Origin: Paraphysomonas bandaiensis
Lineage: Eukaryota > Protista > Chrysophyceae
Length of the DNA stretch: 64,000 bases
Reading direction: 5' to 3'
Assembly (NCBI GenBank): GCA_965644295.1
Contig: CBFFRP010000028.1
Span: 186,001-250,000, forward strand
Every line of letters begins with the position of its first letter. The first letter of the stretch is position 1. Position numbers and translations under genes: made by a program. The notes below the pieces were generated by a model. It made no database searches. It saw only the letters and a list, made by a program, of their open reading frames with translations, and was not told the origin of the DNA. Positions 1 to 15,000 of this stretch are shown here, in pieces.

Positions 1-20
1 TTGTGCGATAGATGATGACT

Positions 21-3000
21 TCATTTTCTTAACATTGATTTGCATTCTTGTACACGGCGAAGAGCATATTTCAGTGCCGGATGGCATATCAAATTTGCAT
101 TTCTTTTTTCCGACGTAAAAACTCTTTTTTCTTCGCTGTGACCAAGTGGTTCAATCGCAGCCATAGAGCATTCAGTGCTTGTTGACTGCAGATTGTCAAT
201 ACACTTCTCTAACTCAGAGAGTCTGTGTGAGGCATTCAATCTATTTTCGTCAGATTTTTCAATGTCTGTCGTGAGATACAACAGGGCCTACAAGAACATT
301 TAGTTTCACCACATAGCATTTAGCAATGCGCTATACCATTTCCACATACTCCCCTATATCGAGCAAAGTAGCTTGTGAACTAAGCGCTAAACCAGTACGA
401 TGTGCGGGCGTACCGGGCCGAGACAATAGCTTCACGCTCAATCGCAGAAGCTGGTACACATATTACAACTACGATGCACAGACGATATATTGGTAAGTTA
501 CCGCAAGAGGAATGGGAAGAACATTTAGATCCATCCCTGACCGTGCTCCCCGCTGTTTTGATGGCGAGAAAACATACGATGATTTAACATCCGGTGACAA
601 TCTAGTAGAAGAATTATAACATGGAATATAAATAAACTTTGCAGAACACCTCTTGCCAGTATCGGCTTTTATAGCCACTTCCGAAGTTTTCTTCCCTTGG
701 CTACTCATGCGAGTAGGTGAAGTGGGAACTCCGTTGGATCCAGGCCGCAGTGATAAGAACACAAGTAAAATTGCTGATGCCAACCTCTATAATTCCAGTT
801 AATCTCAAAAAGGACTTACACCAGTCACAACTACCTGCGTAATGGTAAAATCTCCACTGCTGTTGCAAGCAACCCTTTCGAGGTGAATCTGATAATATAA
901 AAATTGCTTGAAATGAACCCTAATCAATTTATATAGTCGCACCTGAAAGTCTCCTTTTCTCCTGACAAACACGTAGCGATCATCTTTTCCTCTCAACTTC
1001 CTCCCATGGAACCGTGGCTGATTACTGGAATGAGCAGCGACGACTGTCTCGATCATTTCCACTAAGCATGTGTCATCACCCACAGAGCTATCATAATCAT
1101 CATCATCTCCTTCTCCTACCACTGCCAAGGTCTGCCCGTGAAATACGGGGGCATACCCGTGTCCAGGAGCAGCTATGGTGGCAGTGCTCTTCTTGCTGGC
1201 AGATTTTTTCGACTTCGTATCAGACACAACTGAAAGGCTGTCATCAATCCAGCCTCCACCACGCCGGAACTTCAGATTGTGTACCAATGACGTGCCCACT
1301 GCAGAAGGACCCGTAGCAGAAAACGGAGAGTGCAGCTGCTTCTGAACCAGTTGGCGCCTCTGTTGACTTAATTCCTTCTCCAACCTTGCATGTGTAAACT
1401 TTTTATGTAAATACACCACAATCTAACCACCCACCTGTCTAAAACCCACGAATACGATGCAGACAAGTGTTCTGACATACGAAGGTCCTCTAGTAACTTT
1501 CGAGCGTCATCATAAGAGTTCTGAACTGCGCTGACAACACCGCTCAAAACAGCGCTGCGTAGTTGAAGCATAGACTCGCCGATATGCCTGTTGCATTTAG
1601 TGCGTTAACAGTGATTAAATCAGAGCGCAAGTTCGACTAACTTTAAAATTTTGATGTCACGATCACTAGTGTTTATGCCACAAGTCTGCTCTGCGCCCCG
1701 AAGAGCTTTTCGTAGTAATGCAGCTGATGGAAGCAACGAGCTTTCGTGTTTCCATTCTGTCAATAATCACTTTTAACTAGCATAGCAACTCTTAATAAGT
1801 CGTAAACCTTCGTCATAAGAAATCGTGGGCAGGACTGAGTCCAATGCCACAACCAAATCCCTTTTCACAGCGCTGTCGCATATCTGGAATACACACTCAG
1901 GTGTATGTACACTTTGTATTTTTACACACCTCTACAAAAGCGTCCTCAATCTCAGACGCAGCAATAGAAGCAAACATATCGTTCCCTTTCAGGCTGCGTA
2001 CTCTCCCCAACGTATGCATAACCATTTGTACATCACCAATCTACAAAAGTGTCAGCGATATGTGGCAAAAGACAATGATACCTACTCTAAGATATTTCCT
2101 CAGGTCACTGATAACTAATGCGGTGTAATAAACACGTGCACATGGTTCGGATTTAATCCCAAGATGTCGCGCAACCCGAATAGCCCGTTCAATAGGTATA
2201 GATACAAGAGACCGGTTGGCTGGTGATTCTACAAAATAACAAAAATTATTCACTGAGTAGATAGTGTACAAATTAATACCCGGAATCGATACTGGTGACA
2301 CTAACTTATCCGAAGTAGGTCGCAGAAATCCCCTAGACAAATATATCGGTAAGATATACTTTATAGTAGCATTGAGAACCACCTTTCCAGTACACATTTA
2401 ACAATCCTATGATATAGCTCATCTCGTATTTGTAAAATCTGAACCATTGACATAATGAACAGTGGAAATCGATACGGCAAACTTATACCTCGGTCTCCAC
2501 TTCCAAAAGTAGTTCTGAAGGGAGATTACCAAGCAAGCTAGCAACGCTTTCTTCATCAGCACACTGTGCGCCGAGACATGCAGAAAAGTATATTTCGCGA
2601 TGAGGGATATCCCTAAAAAACAAAGCGTATGAAGAAAGAAAACTGAAACTGACTCATACCTATACTGAGACTTGAATTTTCCTACGTCACGTATTCGTGT
2701 CGTGTTTTCTGCCGAAATCACACCAGGAGATAACAAACTACTCAACCCAGTGAAATTGTTATCCGATTGAACTGCATCATGTACACTGATTGTAAAATCT
2801 TTTTCGCTAGCACGGGACGACAAATGACTTCGATTCAGTACTTCGGATTCGTTCCTTTCAGGAAACACTCCTCCTGCAGTTGGTCACAACTAAACAATAA
2901 ATACACAACCCTACCTGATGTTTCCCTCTTCCAGTCTCCTCCCAGTATTTCTTTTCCATAATCAAGTTTGCGAATGCGTCTTCCCAAGTGTTCCAGAGCA

Positions 3001-6000
3001 ATACCCAATCGTTCAAATGAAAAGACACTTCTGTCAGCAGTATCTACATCTGAATCTATTGTTGCGGCCCAGATATTGCTGCTTTGAGAGTCCACGTCAG
3101 TGCTGAACTTGGACTCGCGCTGTTCCTCACGTGCAATACATTCTAGAATAGTGTCCGCCGCTTCATTTGTTCCCCATCTTCCGCCCTTCATAGCAGCTCG
3201 CAGACCTAGTAACGTAACCGCATAAGAAATAAGAAATAAAAGTTAAGAACAATACACGGAACACACCTCGAATTGCACTAGCATTAGCTAGAAAAAACTT
3301 GATAGAATCGGAGCATAATTTCGGGTCAACAGATGCCAATGCGCTATTGAGCTGAAAAAGCGAAAGTTGCTGAGTATCAAACATACCAGGTCTGGCACGC
3401 CCAAGTCCTACAGGCAGTTTGAGATTCAGATAGCTCAATGTTAACGTTCTACCGTTGTACAAGCAATCACTGATGCGTTTCAAAGTTTCAAAAAACGAGA
3501 TCGCCCGTTTGACAAGCAGCAACTCATCAAGTGCACATGGAGATATATTTCGAAGTTCTATGTTTTCCGTTTCTTGGACTAAGCGGCAGTAGTCGGCCAT
3601 GAGAATGGATATCCGCACAGCTTTCAGGCACTCCGCAGAGTAAACAATCTACATATGGATGAAATAAATCACCACATACGAGGGCACACACCTGTTTGTC
3701 TTCAGCAGATAGTTTAGGCGAAGAACTAGCAGCTCGCAGAGCACTTAGCAATACGACAATGTTTGTATTAGTTGTGTCTAGTGTCATGTATGAGCCTACA
3801 TAAAGGTGATAGGTCAGCGACTTGGAGTAGACTTCACCGCAAGAAAACCTGAAATCCTGTGTAACCTCATTGCTTCAGTCAGCGATTCGTGCATTCGAAT
3901 ATTCGCTTCAGACATTCGTTGGATAGCGGCAACCTGTTTGCATATAAGAGCACAACGATATAAAAAATAACGCCCTACCTCATGCATAGCCTCAGGTGCA
4001 AGATCACTCGTCTCGCTTAGCCAGCATCTTGTAACACAAAAATTATCGAATCGCACAGTATCATTGCTAGAAACACCTGATACTTGTCCAATCTGCAAGT
4101 TTCAAGCCGCGGCGAAGATTAAGAACCTTTTCACACATTATATATATAAGTTACAATAACGGAGAAATAAAAAACCTTTTGTGCACTTTCAAAGAGAAGT
4201 GACGTGCGCTGGCTACGCTGTCGAACACTGGACGCAATATCAACAACCTATGTAGAAAGCAATACCAAAATTGATCAAGTCATAATAATGAGTCATTCAG
4301 CTCACATCCTCCAGCTCTTGAGTATCAATGGCGGAAAACTTTTCCGATTCCAAATAATCCTGACCATGAGCAAGGCCAGCCACGAGCCGAACTTCAACCT
4401 GTTAAGAAAAACTTAAGCCGATTCTAGCATTCTAGTCCAGCATTGAACCTGCTGATTCTGAAACTCTCTTTCCACGCGCTGAACCTCTACAGATATATGA
4501 CGTGGCATTGACTCTGTGGTATCATAAAAACAATACGTCCTACTTATTAATTTCAGCAATAATAAATGTATCGTACCAGGTCTTTCATGGAGCAGAAGGA
4601 ATGATACTGAAGATACATCAGTGCTACCGTCATCAACCATGCCACTTATGTTCTCATCAGTACTCTTTTGATTATCCGTTACAGTCTTGGAGTCTATCGA
4701 ACTTGAGGAAATATTTCTAGTGGAACTTATATCGGATGCCTCACGAGTAAACCTCATTAACACATCAGACGAACTCCGCGATAATGGGGTTGATGTAACA
4801 ATGGGTTGCGTCAACTCACTACACATACATCAATCACGAAGCATAAATACGCTGTACTCACATGATATCGCCATCGAACCACTTATTGGCGTCTATGGCT
4901 GACTTTAATCTAATCAAGAACTTGCTGATGCAAACTTTTTGTGACAGCTCATCTGACTCGACGAGCTTAGCTTCTTCCGCAAGTTGGATAGCATGCTAAC
5001 ACAAATAATGAGTGTCCGACATCTAATTCAAAGGCAATTTTACCTCTAGAAGTGGAAAATTTATAAAATAAAAATACGGCCTCGTGTCGTCAGGATCGAT
5101 TCCCACTGGAAGCAGTGCTGACTCGCCATATATTGTGGTAAAACGGCCATTGTAACATAAATGTTCTTCAATGCGTTCCAATGCCTGAAATTTGAAATTA
5201 TTCACACATACAAGGTCATCATATGGACAACATACCAAATTATGAGCTTTTATATCTTCCCCCAAAGTGCAAAAGCTCTGATGAAAGGAAATTATACGTG
5301 ACAAAATAATATAAAATAACCGTTACTTACAGATATAGCACCTGGGCAAGATGGAAGAGCATCCGGTCGCTTATCTGGAGATATTAAATCGTCCATTTCC
5401 GACCAACTCTCAGTCATAAGAGCCATCTGTAGCTTGAGTGCCCACTTTCCCACATCGACAAGTTTCTGTCGCCGAACGATATGATCAGCTCGATTTTCCG
5501 AGGATTGGTTATCAATTCCAGTCATCAAGTAGTTGATGTATTTCTGGGCAGGGCTCGTATCATTATACTTATCGTCACATATGGCACCTTCACAAGCCAT
5601 TTCTGTAATCAGCAAACTCAACTCGCTGAAAGCACTAGCTAGGTCTATAAACATTTGTTGACGACCACAATTTTCTCGCAATGTACCATCTGCAGATCGC
5701 CCCAGTTCGCGTACAAGATATTTTTCGCACACTGCACCAACACATTGCAGACGATATGACAAAAGCTTCTCCCGAATATGCAGCGGGATATAACAATGGG
5801 TCGCAACATCAACTCTATCTAATACGCTCATGCATCTGTCCACATCACTCCAATCAATTACATCAAGACCCGATAATTCATCCTCTCTGTCTGATTCGAA
5901 CGACAAATCAGGAGCACCAATTCCAGCCAGCAACCAGCTACAACAAATTTTTACACGCAAATAGATTTTGGTAATCATAGACCACATACTTGATAACTTG

Positions 6001-9000
6001 CAGTGCCCCTTTTACTCGTCGAATTTCAGGCGTAGAATTCAAATGGATCTGTAGCTCCTTATTATCGTTTTGCAGCCTTGTAAACAATACATATAGGTCT
6101 CTCAAGTTACCAAATGATGTCATTATACAACGCCCCAAATCACTGTTGATTTTTTCCATCCTGTCTACGGCGTTTGTACCTGTTACTGCAGTAAAGTTAA
6201 TGTCGATATCAACAAATAAATATTTTATTTCACACATTTTAGGAGTTTGGAATCGTCTGAATCAAGAAGGTTTGCTATGAGATGGGGAAAAGGCGCTACA
6301 AAGGTTTGATTGTCATCGATGCTTTTTCCTTCTTCAGAAGTTTCTACAACATCTGTTTGCAGCGAGCAAAGGTGTTGGAACAGTGAATTTTGCCTACAAA
6401 CAATTGGTGTCAATATGCCATAGAAAACATTGCACAGAATACCACTCTAATATTGCATTCCTTCGTTCCATGGCCACTATTGATCGTAGGTAAGTCACTG
6501 GGTGCAGAGCACATGATGGAACACCAGATGAGAAAAGAGTACTCCAATCTACAGGCAACATGGATATCCAGCTAGATGCCTGGAAACAAGTTATTTGAGT
6601 ATACGGTTCCAGATACAAAACAATCTTACATCCAGCAGTATTGGCAAGAGCGAACTTGAACCCAACGAATCTTTGTTTATGTGACTCGCTTTCCTCTGAC
6701 GTTGAAACTCAAGAAATTCGTGAAGAAGTAGCAGTCGCTTATCCCGTGTGTCATTGCTATTGTATTCATTGAGAACTGCTTGTGCAATCGCACCTAAAGG
6801 GCTCTCTTTCTCAGCGGAATTGTTAGACATCGACGCAGTATATTCACGTCGTGGGGTGTTAATATCAAACACCATGTCTTCTGCGTAGTGGAGTTCCTAC
6901 GATTCAAAGCGTTACGTCTAATCATGTAAGTAAAAACATCACCTCTTTTGTCGCTTGTAAGAACTCTCGGAGACGATACTCATGAAGAAAGCTCATAAAC
7001 AGCCCTTTAAGTGAATCACGATTCGATAGAGTGATGATAGTAGATATGTCCATAGGCCTACAATGATATAGAAGGTAAGAATAGCCCTACAGTCCGAAAA
7101 TCACAAATCAGTACTTCATAATATCCCAGGCATTCAGTTCTTGGCAGAGAAGGAAGTCATACACACACTCAACAGCCCGCATGTCTCTGACAATGGAATC
7201 ACTTTGAGAAAATGGCCTGCATGGAATACAAGTGAACTGACAAGTCTAATTCAAACAGCAATTAACCTTTCATAGTTTGCAGCACGTAGGATTGGGCTCA
7301 CATCAGTAGATGAAATGTCTATTCTCGCCCCATGATGATATTTTCCTATTGACGATGACCCATCTGGACCCGGTGCCACCAAACTCCGATCCTGCAATTT
7401 ATCCAAAAGCAATGACTGAATTAGCTTACCCACCATTCGATTCCTCAAAGCTGAATAAACTGCAAATATCTCTGTACTTCCCACATTCAAATCTGGATCA
7501 GGAATACTGTAGGTAACATATAAGTCATAAACATAAATCATACCACATTCACATGGGAATCGCACCTCTCAAACCAAACATCAATCAGCGCTTCCACGGA
7601 ACTTTCTTCCGACTTTTCAATTGCTGGGGGTGGGGACAACGATGGGGATGGTGACTTGTACAAAACATCAGAGGATGCAATACTTCCATCTTCGTGCTCG
7701 CTCTCGACACTTTCTTCACCCAAAGAAGATTTTGGTAATGAAACAATTGACTGTTTTCGCATCATTCTCGCCTTCGCGGAAAATTGCTTTAAAGTTCCAG
7801 ATGTGGAAGGCCGCGACATTTTCCCATCTGATCGAGGAATTGATCGGGGAATATCAACACGATTTTCAATCACTCTTGTTAACGAGTCATCCATGTGAGA
7901 CATCGCAGTACGGCATTCAGACTCTCTCGTCCATTTCCCTTGACATGCAGCCCTTCTAACTCGCAGAACTGATACATAGCAATCAGCAAGGTACCACAAC
8001 AGACATCACCAATCGCACCTAGCTTAGCTCTTTCTAATAATTCCTCGGTATCAGGGGGTAATTCACGATTGCTACTAATCGGTGGCTTAACGACAAGACC
8101 AGACAATGCATCAACAGCAGCCTTGTTCGCCGCATACTTCTCAATAAATGTTTCTAGTCGATCACAGACATTCCCTTCATGGGCACACTCTGGAATAGCA
8201 CTGTCACCTCCGCAACCCCCTGATGCTGTGTTTACAAGTGACTCATCAGTATGTCCACCCGAAGACGGCAGATTCATCTCAGAAATGGTGTCGGAATATA
8301 TATTTAGAGCAGCCTGCATGTCATATGTGAAAGTAGAATAATTCAAACCAAGGTTTTACCACTAGTCTTCGGTGGAATTCGGTTATCATGCTACTATCCC
8401 TCGCATATAGAGCTTCTTCTTTCATTTGCACACAGGCTTCAACCAGAGATGTTCTAAATAACGCATAGGTTAGCTGTACTACAAAAAATAACACATAGCA
8501 ACCGTGGACATATCCAACTTGGAAGGTTCAAAAACGACACAACAGCCATATCAGAGCGATCGAAATCAGCAACATTTCTCTTCGAAGTGTCTGTTTGTTC
8601 AATGGAACTAAGCTCTAAGATTTTGAATCTGCTGTTGAACTCTTCTAACTCCGATAAAAACGATGCAGATTTCATAATGGCATTCTGGTCCTGATTTTCT
8701 TGAAACTGTAAACGCACATCCATGAACGATGCATACAGCCTTTGCAATGCTAGCAAAAATCTTCCCAGGCCAGCAACAGAATAAGTTGGATTGAGGGATG
8801 ACGCCGAATTCTTCGAAGAACGAAGTGTTCTTTTCGATGAAGATACCAGGGAGGAAGCGCTGCTATCATACTTATCCGGACTTACACGTTGAGCAGAGGT
8901 AAAAAATTCCGTCACATCAGCTTGCCACACTTCACCTTATATATACAGTGACAGAGCTATGTTAACGACGAAAAAAATATATATGACTCTACCTCGTGTA

Positions 9001-12000
9001 TCGAATGGTACAGTTGGAAGCTTCGTGTCTACAAGTGAATCACCTTTGTCCTCGTTATTATCATCTACAGCTGCTTCATCTGCATATGTGGTGTCGTCAA
9101 TGTAGTGCTCACTGCAAGCTTCTATCACTCCCTTCTGAATATTTCGAACAATTCGTTGCAATACATATTTTAAATGCCCCACAAATACTATCCTTGCAGT
9201 CAACATTCGTATGACTGAGTAACCTGGAGTATCATGACGGCTTGACTCAGCATTGAACTCTCCCGGAGATGATGCGTTAGCTGTGCTTTTTGAAACAAAC
9301 TTCTTAGAGTCCGTTGATGTTAAGGCACGTAAATTCGACGTGCAGGACAAAATTTCCGACACCGTCTCCCGTAATTCTTCGGGTGACAAAGGATCAGCAG
9401 TATCACTATCACACATACCCATATCATCCGAATCCCTTGTCAAACTATTTAATACACTATCTAACTTTGTGATAAAACTCGAAAGATCTTGCGACGACCC
9501 AGAGACAAAATTGACAATAGGGGTAGATCTGTAAAGCTATGAGTTACATCACCTATTGATTAAATAACTTACAAAGTCATATCGCCATTGCCATCAGGTA
9601 CTGAACTCCTTTCGCTCCCACCACCCAACCCAAATGCGTAATCTGTCAACCCAAGTTCTTTGAATCGTTGATGTAAAGCGTAGAAATCGCAGCTACAAGT
9701 CCGACACAGCTTTGCAAGTTCAACGACTTTCTCTTCTACTCCAGCTCTAGCCCCACGCATAGACACCACGGCAACTTCTTTCAAGATATGCAGTCTAGCA
9801 TACACATTTACAGAAAACAACATATGTATTTATAAAACCTGAGATTAGCATCTTCTAAACTGACTGCATGCGCAACTATTCTTGGTAGCACATTTCCCTC
9901 AATCATTGGTAGGCGTTCTTGCGGTGACTCTAATTCCTCCTCACTGAATTATCCAAACCAACATATATCAGCAAGATCTTTACATTTCAAAGAGCAACAT
10001 ACCATACGCTTACAGTTTCAGAGATGGCCATCTCAGCTGATGTATGTCGCTGCTTCAAAATTAAAGCCACTGTATAGGTCTGCATTTTCATAAAATCCAT
10101 CCATCTTGGGTCCACAATTGGAGATAGCATACGCTTCGAATCAGCGGGATGAGAGAACCTCTGATTCATGTATTCATCAACAGATTCAACCGATTCGTCA
10201 TCCGAAATTGAAAGACTAGTTACACAACTGTTGGTCAGTGCGTGCACGCACCGCACCATGACTTCATATGCTCGCCTAACAAACTCTAATTTGCACAAAA
10301 TTTCTTCAAGACCTTCATTTGCACTTGTAATTAGTTCATCCGCAGGAGAATACTCAGCAGCAACTTCTTCGAAATCAGAAAGCAGCGATACAATAGCTGA
10401 ACTTATTGCTTTTATGCCGTTAACACCATGGTATATAGTCTCAGTACACATATCTACAGTATTCATAACATAAACAAATGAATAAACTGTCTTCAGACAC
10501 CGAAGTATATTCGCTGCATCCGGATGTAAAGCCATACGTGTGATACGATCAATATACACTTTCATCGCAGACGCCACTGAAAAATCCTTGGACAATTTCG
10601 ATGACGGCGGACAATGTGCGAAAGTGGGAAATTGGTAAGGTTCAATCGCTGAACAATACGAAGTTAAATAGTCTACAAAATATCGAAATAAGCCTTTGGA
10701 CTGCACAAATCTTACAATCGTAGAGTGAGCAAGCTGGTGCGTGAAGTCCCAACCAGCACTAGATGGTACTGCTGGGACAATTTGCAATGGGACATCAGTT
10801 ACACTATGTCGTCGATTTCGGAGAGAAGGAACAATGCAGTCAATGCCTTTAACTGAGGACCTCCGTCGAACAAGTTGTTTGAATAGCTTTGGTGCCTCCA
10901 TCATAGCTGAAATATCATCGTCACCGTCAATAGACTGTTGTAAATCTACACTACTGGTGCAACTATATCGCTCATCGACTTGAGAAAAGAAAATAGAAGC
11001 TGTATTGGTGTATTCGTCCGCCGCGTTGTACACAGCATCTGTCGACTCAACTAAGGCCTGCAGTATATCTCGTTCCAACAAACCTCTTGTCTGCGTGAAC
11101 GCAAATTTATTGACGGCAATCTGAAATAATGACGCCGTTATACAGCAGATAAAGTAGTACGAAGAGTTTCACCTGTTTGGCTTCCTTTATTATATCTCTT
11201 TCAATCCACTGCATACTCCATGGCGAGTAATTCGGTAAGCAATATCCTAATTGTGTGAGCAGCAAGAGCGCACACTTTTGTTCAAGCATCTTAATCGTCT
11301 CTGCAATATTCGCACGCGCGGTGATTAATACTTTTGACAACGGGTTGTTGGCATTTCCTGTGTTACTACGTCCCAGTATTTCTTGAACTGTGAATGCCGT
11401 AGTAGGATCCAAGCTATCTCGTATGAACACGTGTACTTTATCGGCTGCTATGCATATCATTTTGACGGCTTTCGTATTCGATCGTAGAGTATAATAGAAA
11501 TCGACAGAAGACGAAATAGTCATGGCTGAATCCAAGGCAGGGTCAAATATTTGCATCACAGCACGGGTTCGAAGAGTTTGAATATTGAGCAAATAATACT
11601 TCCCAGACTTTCTAATTCGGATTACGAGCCTAGATCTTGAAGATGAGCCGCTGTGAAGAGCAGAAAGTATTTCAGATAGGGCACTTGTACCGTGAGGACC
11701 GTTCCAACAACCACATACGTCGTTTATAACCTAAATAGCAAAGACAACGATCAGACATACAGAATACTGTCAATGGGCTGCTCACATCCGCATCGCCTTC
11801 AACTAAAACATGCCAGTTCTTGACAACTTCAAGGATTGAAATTTTAACTTTGTTCACCCCAGTCACGGAACCTTTTAAAAAATAGAGGGTACCACTATCC
11901 GCAAATCCCAGTCGAAACGAAACAGTAGACCGATATAGTCTTTCCAGACCGGTGTTGACAGCGTACAATACCTCAATACACTTTCTACAGAAGTCGAAGA

Positions 12001-15000
12001 CATTCAAAGTTTCGTCGATATTACATTGGTGGTTCTTTAACGTTGTTGTATCAGCACCAGTGTCTTTAACTTTAGATTTATATCGTAGTATAGACGTGGT
12101 TCGTTTTGGGACAGTGAAGTTCTTATTGACAAAAGGATGCATTAAGTTCAGTACACGCTCAAAACACCTTTCAATATCTCCTACTAGCTTCTGCAAACGA
12201 AGATTTTCTTCGTGGGGAATATTTTTCTTCAACAGCTCACAAAGTATATTTATTGCATGCACATCTGAATGAAAGACAGGCTTCGCAGCGGGCATAATTG
12301 AGTTTCCAACTTCATCCTTTTCATTGCGATCGGACGGTGATCCCATCAAAACGTAAGGCGTTACCCAATCTTCCGTCATGCAATACAGTCCTCTCCATAG
12401 AGTGTTCAGCATGTGCACCCGATTTTTCCATTGCATAAATGGAATTTGTAATTTGCTAAACTCAGGTGTACTTTTCCTACTGGCCATGTAAGCAATACAT
12501 TTGCCGATATTCTGCAGCGTGAAGTGCAAGTGAGCACGACGAAAAGAAAGATCTCGAAATCCAGGAAGATTCTTATTTATGACGACGTCGTTTCCCCACT
12601 GCTCTGAAGCCGCATTTGCCACTCCAGACCCGCACATTATGGATTTTCGAGACAGAGGTATGTGTTGAGGGACCGGGAGTGCGTTTACCCAGCGTAGCAG
12701 CTTATCGTGAAACCAGTCTGGTACCACTTCAGCCTCTTTGTCAAGTTCTTTCTTGAATCGCTTAAACTCAGCACCCATCTGAAGTTCAGACGCCCAACAC
12801 AGCTCACGAGCACATCTCATACATCGAATACAACTCATAGTTTCCAATGGCACACTCTGCTCACCAGTGGCATTCACTAAATATGTCGTTTTCGTCAAGT
12901 AGTCGTCCAACACTTGCCTACAACTAAGGTCAGTCATAATTAATCTACCTTACAGAACATATACCCACCGCTTAAAGCAAAGTACTTCTAGAAGTTTGCA
13001 GCCTTCTGTGGCCAATGCAGATAGCTGATCCAGTAAATGACCTCTCTGAAAAACTAATACTTGTTCTTGTAATGAATGAAGAACCTTCGGTGAAATATCG
13101 GCTATCTGTAGAAGTGAGCTAAATGCATTGAGAGATTTATCGAGTATGCAATAGTCTGAATTCGATTGCGCAATCGATAACAAATTTTGCAACTCTGATA
13201 CAACCTACATAAAAGGTAATTAGAGTTCATTGTAACCATAACTGACCACAAACCGTTATAAGAGCAATGCCAGATACTTTGTGAGGGAATTGACTGGCTA
13301 TATGTTGAGAAATTTCCTGTTGTCGCTGAGCATTTTCAACATTGAATTCAACTTCATTATTATCTTCTCCCCACCCGACAACTGGCATAGCAGCCGCTTC
13401 CTCAAGAGTCTCCACAAGTTGGCTCAATTTGCTGGTTTCTGAGACAAATGCGCGTTCTTCAAGAGCAAAGTGTGCAGTGTTCGTAAACTTTTGCATTTCT
13501 TCAAGTACTTGGCTTGTCCTTTCTCGAGCTGCTGCTAGGCGGGCACTGTTCGATGAATCTAACCTCACAGGCTTACTCTTTTCCGAGTCTTGTGAAATAT
13601 CTCCACGACTTGACGATGCTCGTCGTAGTGATACTGAAGAAACAGAAGCTTCATTCAGTACAGATTCCCGAAGATTAAGCAGCGACTTCATTCTTCTCTT
13701 ATTGTCGATTGTTTCAGGAAGAAAATCACTGTCCTCAAGAGATCCATCATCAATCTTTTCCACCAACGTACGCAGCATTTGTACTCCAAGGGGAGGCGCA
13801 TAAAAGGATGATGTACCACGAGAACCAACTTTTCCAGCCCGGGATACTATACTAAGCTGGACGTCAGATTGAGCAGCTATTGCCTCCTTAAGGCTATGCA
13901 TGCGTTGGTCATTTAGATAAGATATTAGGTCCTTCTCCTCATCACTGTAAGGAGAAATAGCCCGAATCGTCGCATCCATCTCTTCAGTATGGTGTATCAC
14001 ACCTAACCAATCCTTTTGCTTTCTTAACACACGCAAATTCCTCAAATCATCTGCGGCCTGAATCCATCGTAGGATGTCTTCTTCACCAGTCGCCGCACAT
14101 GCTGCTTTTGCCTTTAATATTACTAAAAATAATGACCGCGTATCCGTGGAGTTTTTAGCAGCAACATATAATGAATGAACTATTTGATGAGACCGTACGT
14201 ATGAAAGGATGCAAACCATTTGGTCACTATTTAAATCACGCTCTGAAGCGTCCTGCACGACACTCTGCATTGTCAAAAGTGATACTTCATGTGTTCGCCC
14301 CAATTTAATAAGTTTTAGACAGTCCACGACACTTATGCATATTTTCTTAAGGCCCATACTCTCGTCGTTGTGACAACCAACCGTATCAGCTGACGCTAAA
14401 GCATTGGTAAGAAGAGAAAAGTGAATCAATGAAGGGGTAGGGTTAAATTTATGGGTATTAGGGATAGTTGAGATCTCAAGTGTTGTCAACGCTTCCCGCA
14501 TCGCTTTAATAAGTTTCATATGTGCAACTTCGTTCTGTACGAGAAGAAGTTCGTCGTTGGCCTCAAAAAAGTCTTTCAATTCATCCTTTTTTGTCTCACA
14601 CAGCACTGCTGCGGCGTCCCAGTCACTATTTTGTACAGCCTGCCTAATAGAAATCATGGCAGAACTCATCGCTCGTAACTCCAATACATGGCGGAAGAAA
14701 TTATCACAAAACGTATCCACGCTTTGAGTGTCAGGAATATTCGTAAAGTCGCGTACAATAGTTATGTCTTTCTCGAGATCTGAACAAGTACTGGTGTGTA
14801 ATGAAGAAGCGTACTCCATATCTTTCATGTGAAACTGAACATTACCAACCGACCCACTTATACAACGGCAAGATATGGATTCTTGAAACAAAAAACTTAA
14901 TTTGCGCCGCTTTAGATCAGATATCACGATGTCTACTTCAGCGACGTTCGATCGGGAAAGAGACGTACGCGAAGCATTAGATAGCTGCTGAATTGTTAAC

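Noticed and set aside
21-13200. Fragmented ORFs suggesting pseudogene, frameshifting or stop-codon reassignment
   Set aside because: All breaks, including the ORF-free stretch at 6880-7250, resolve with canonical GT-AG introns. TAA, TAG and TGA all serve as normal stops in this window.
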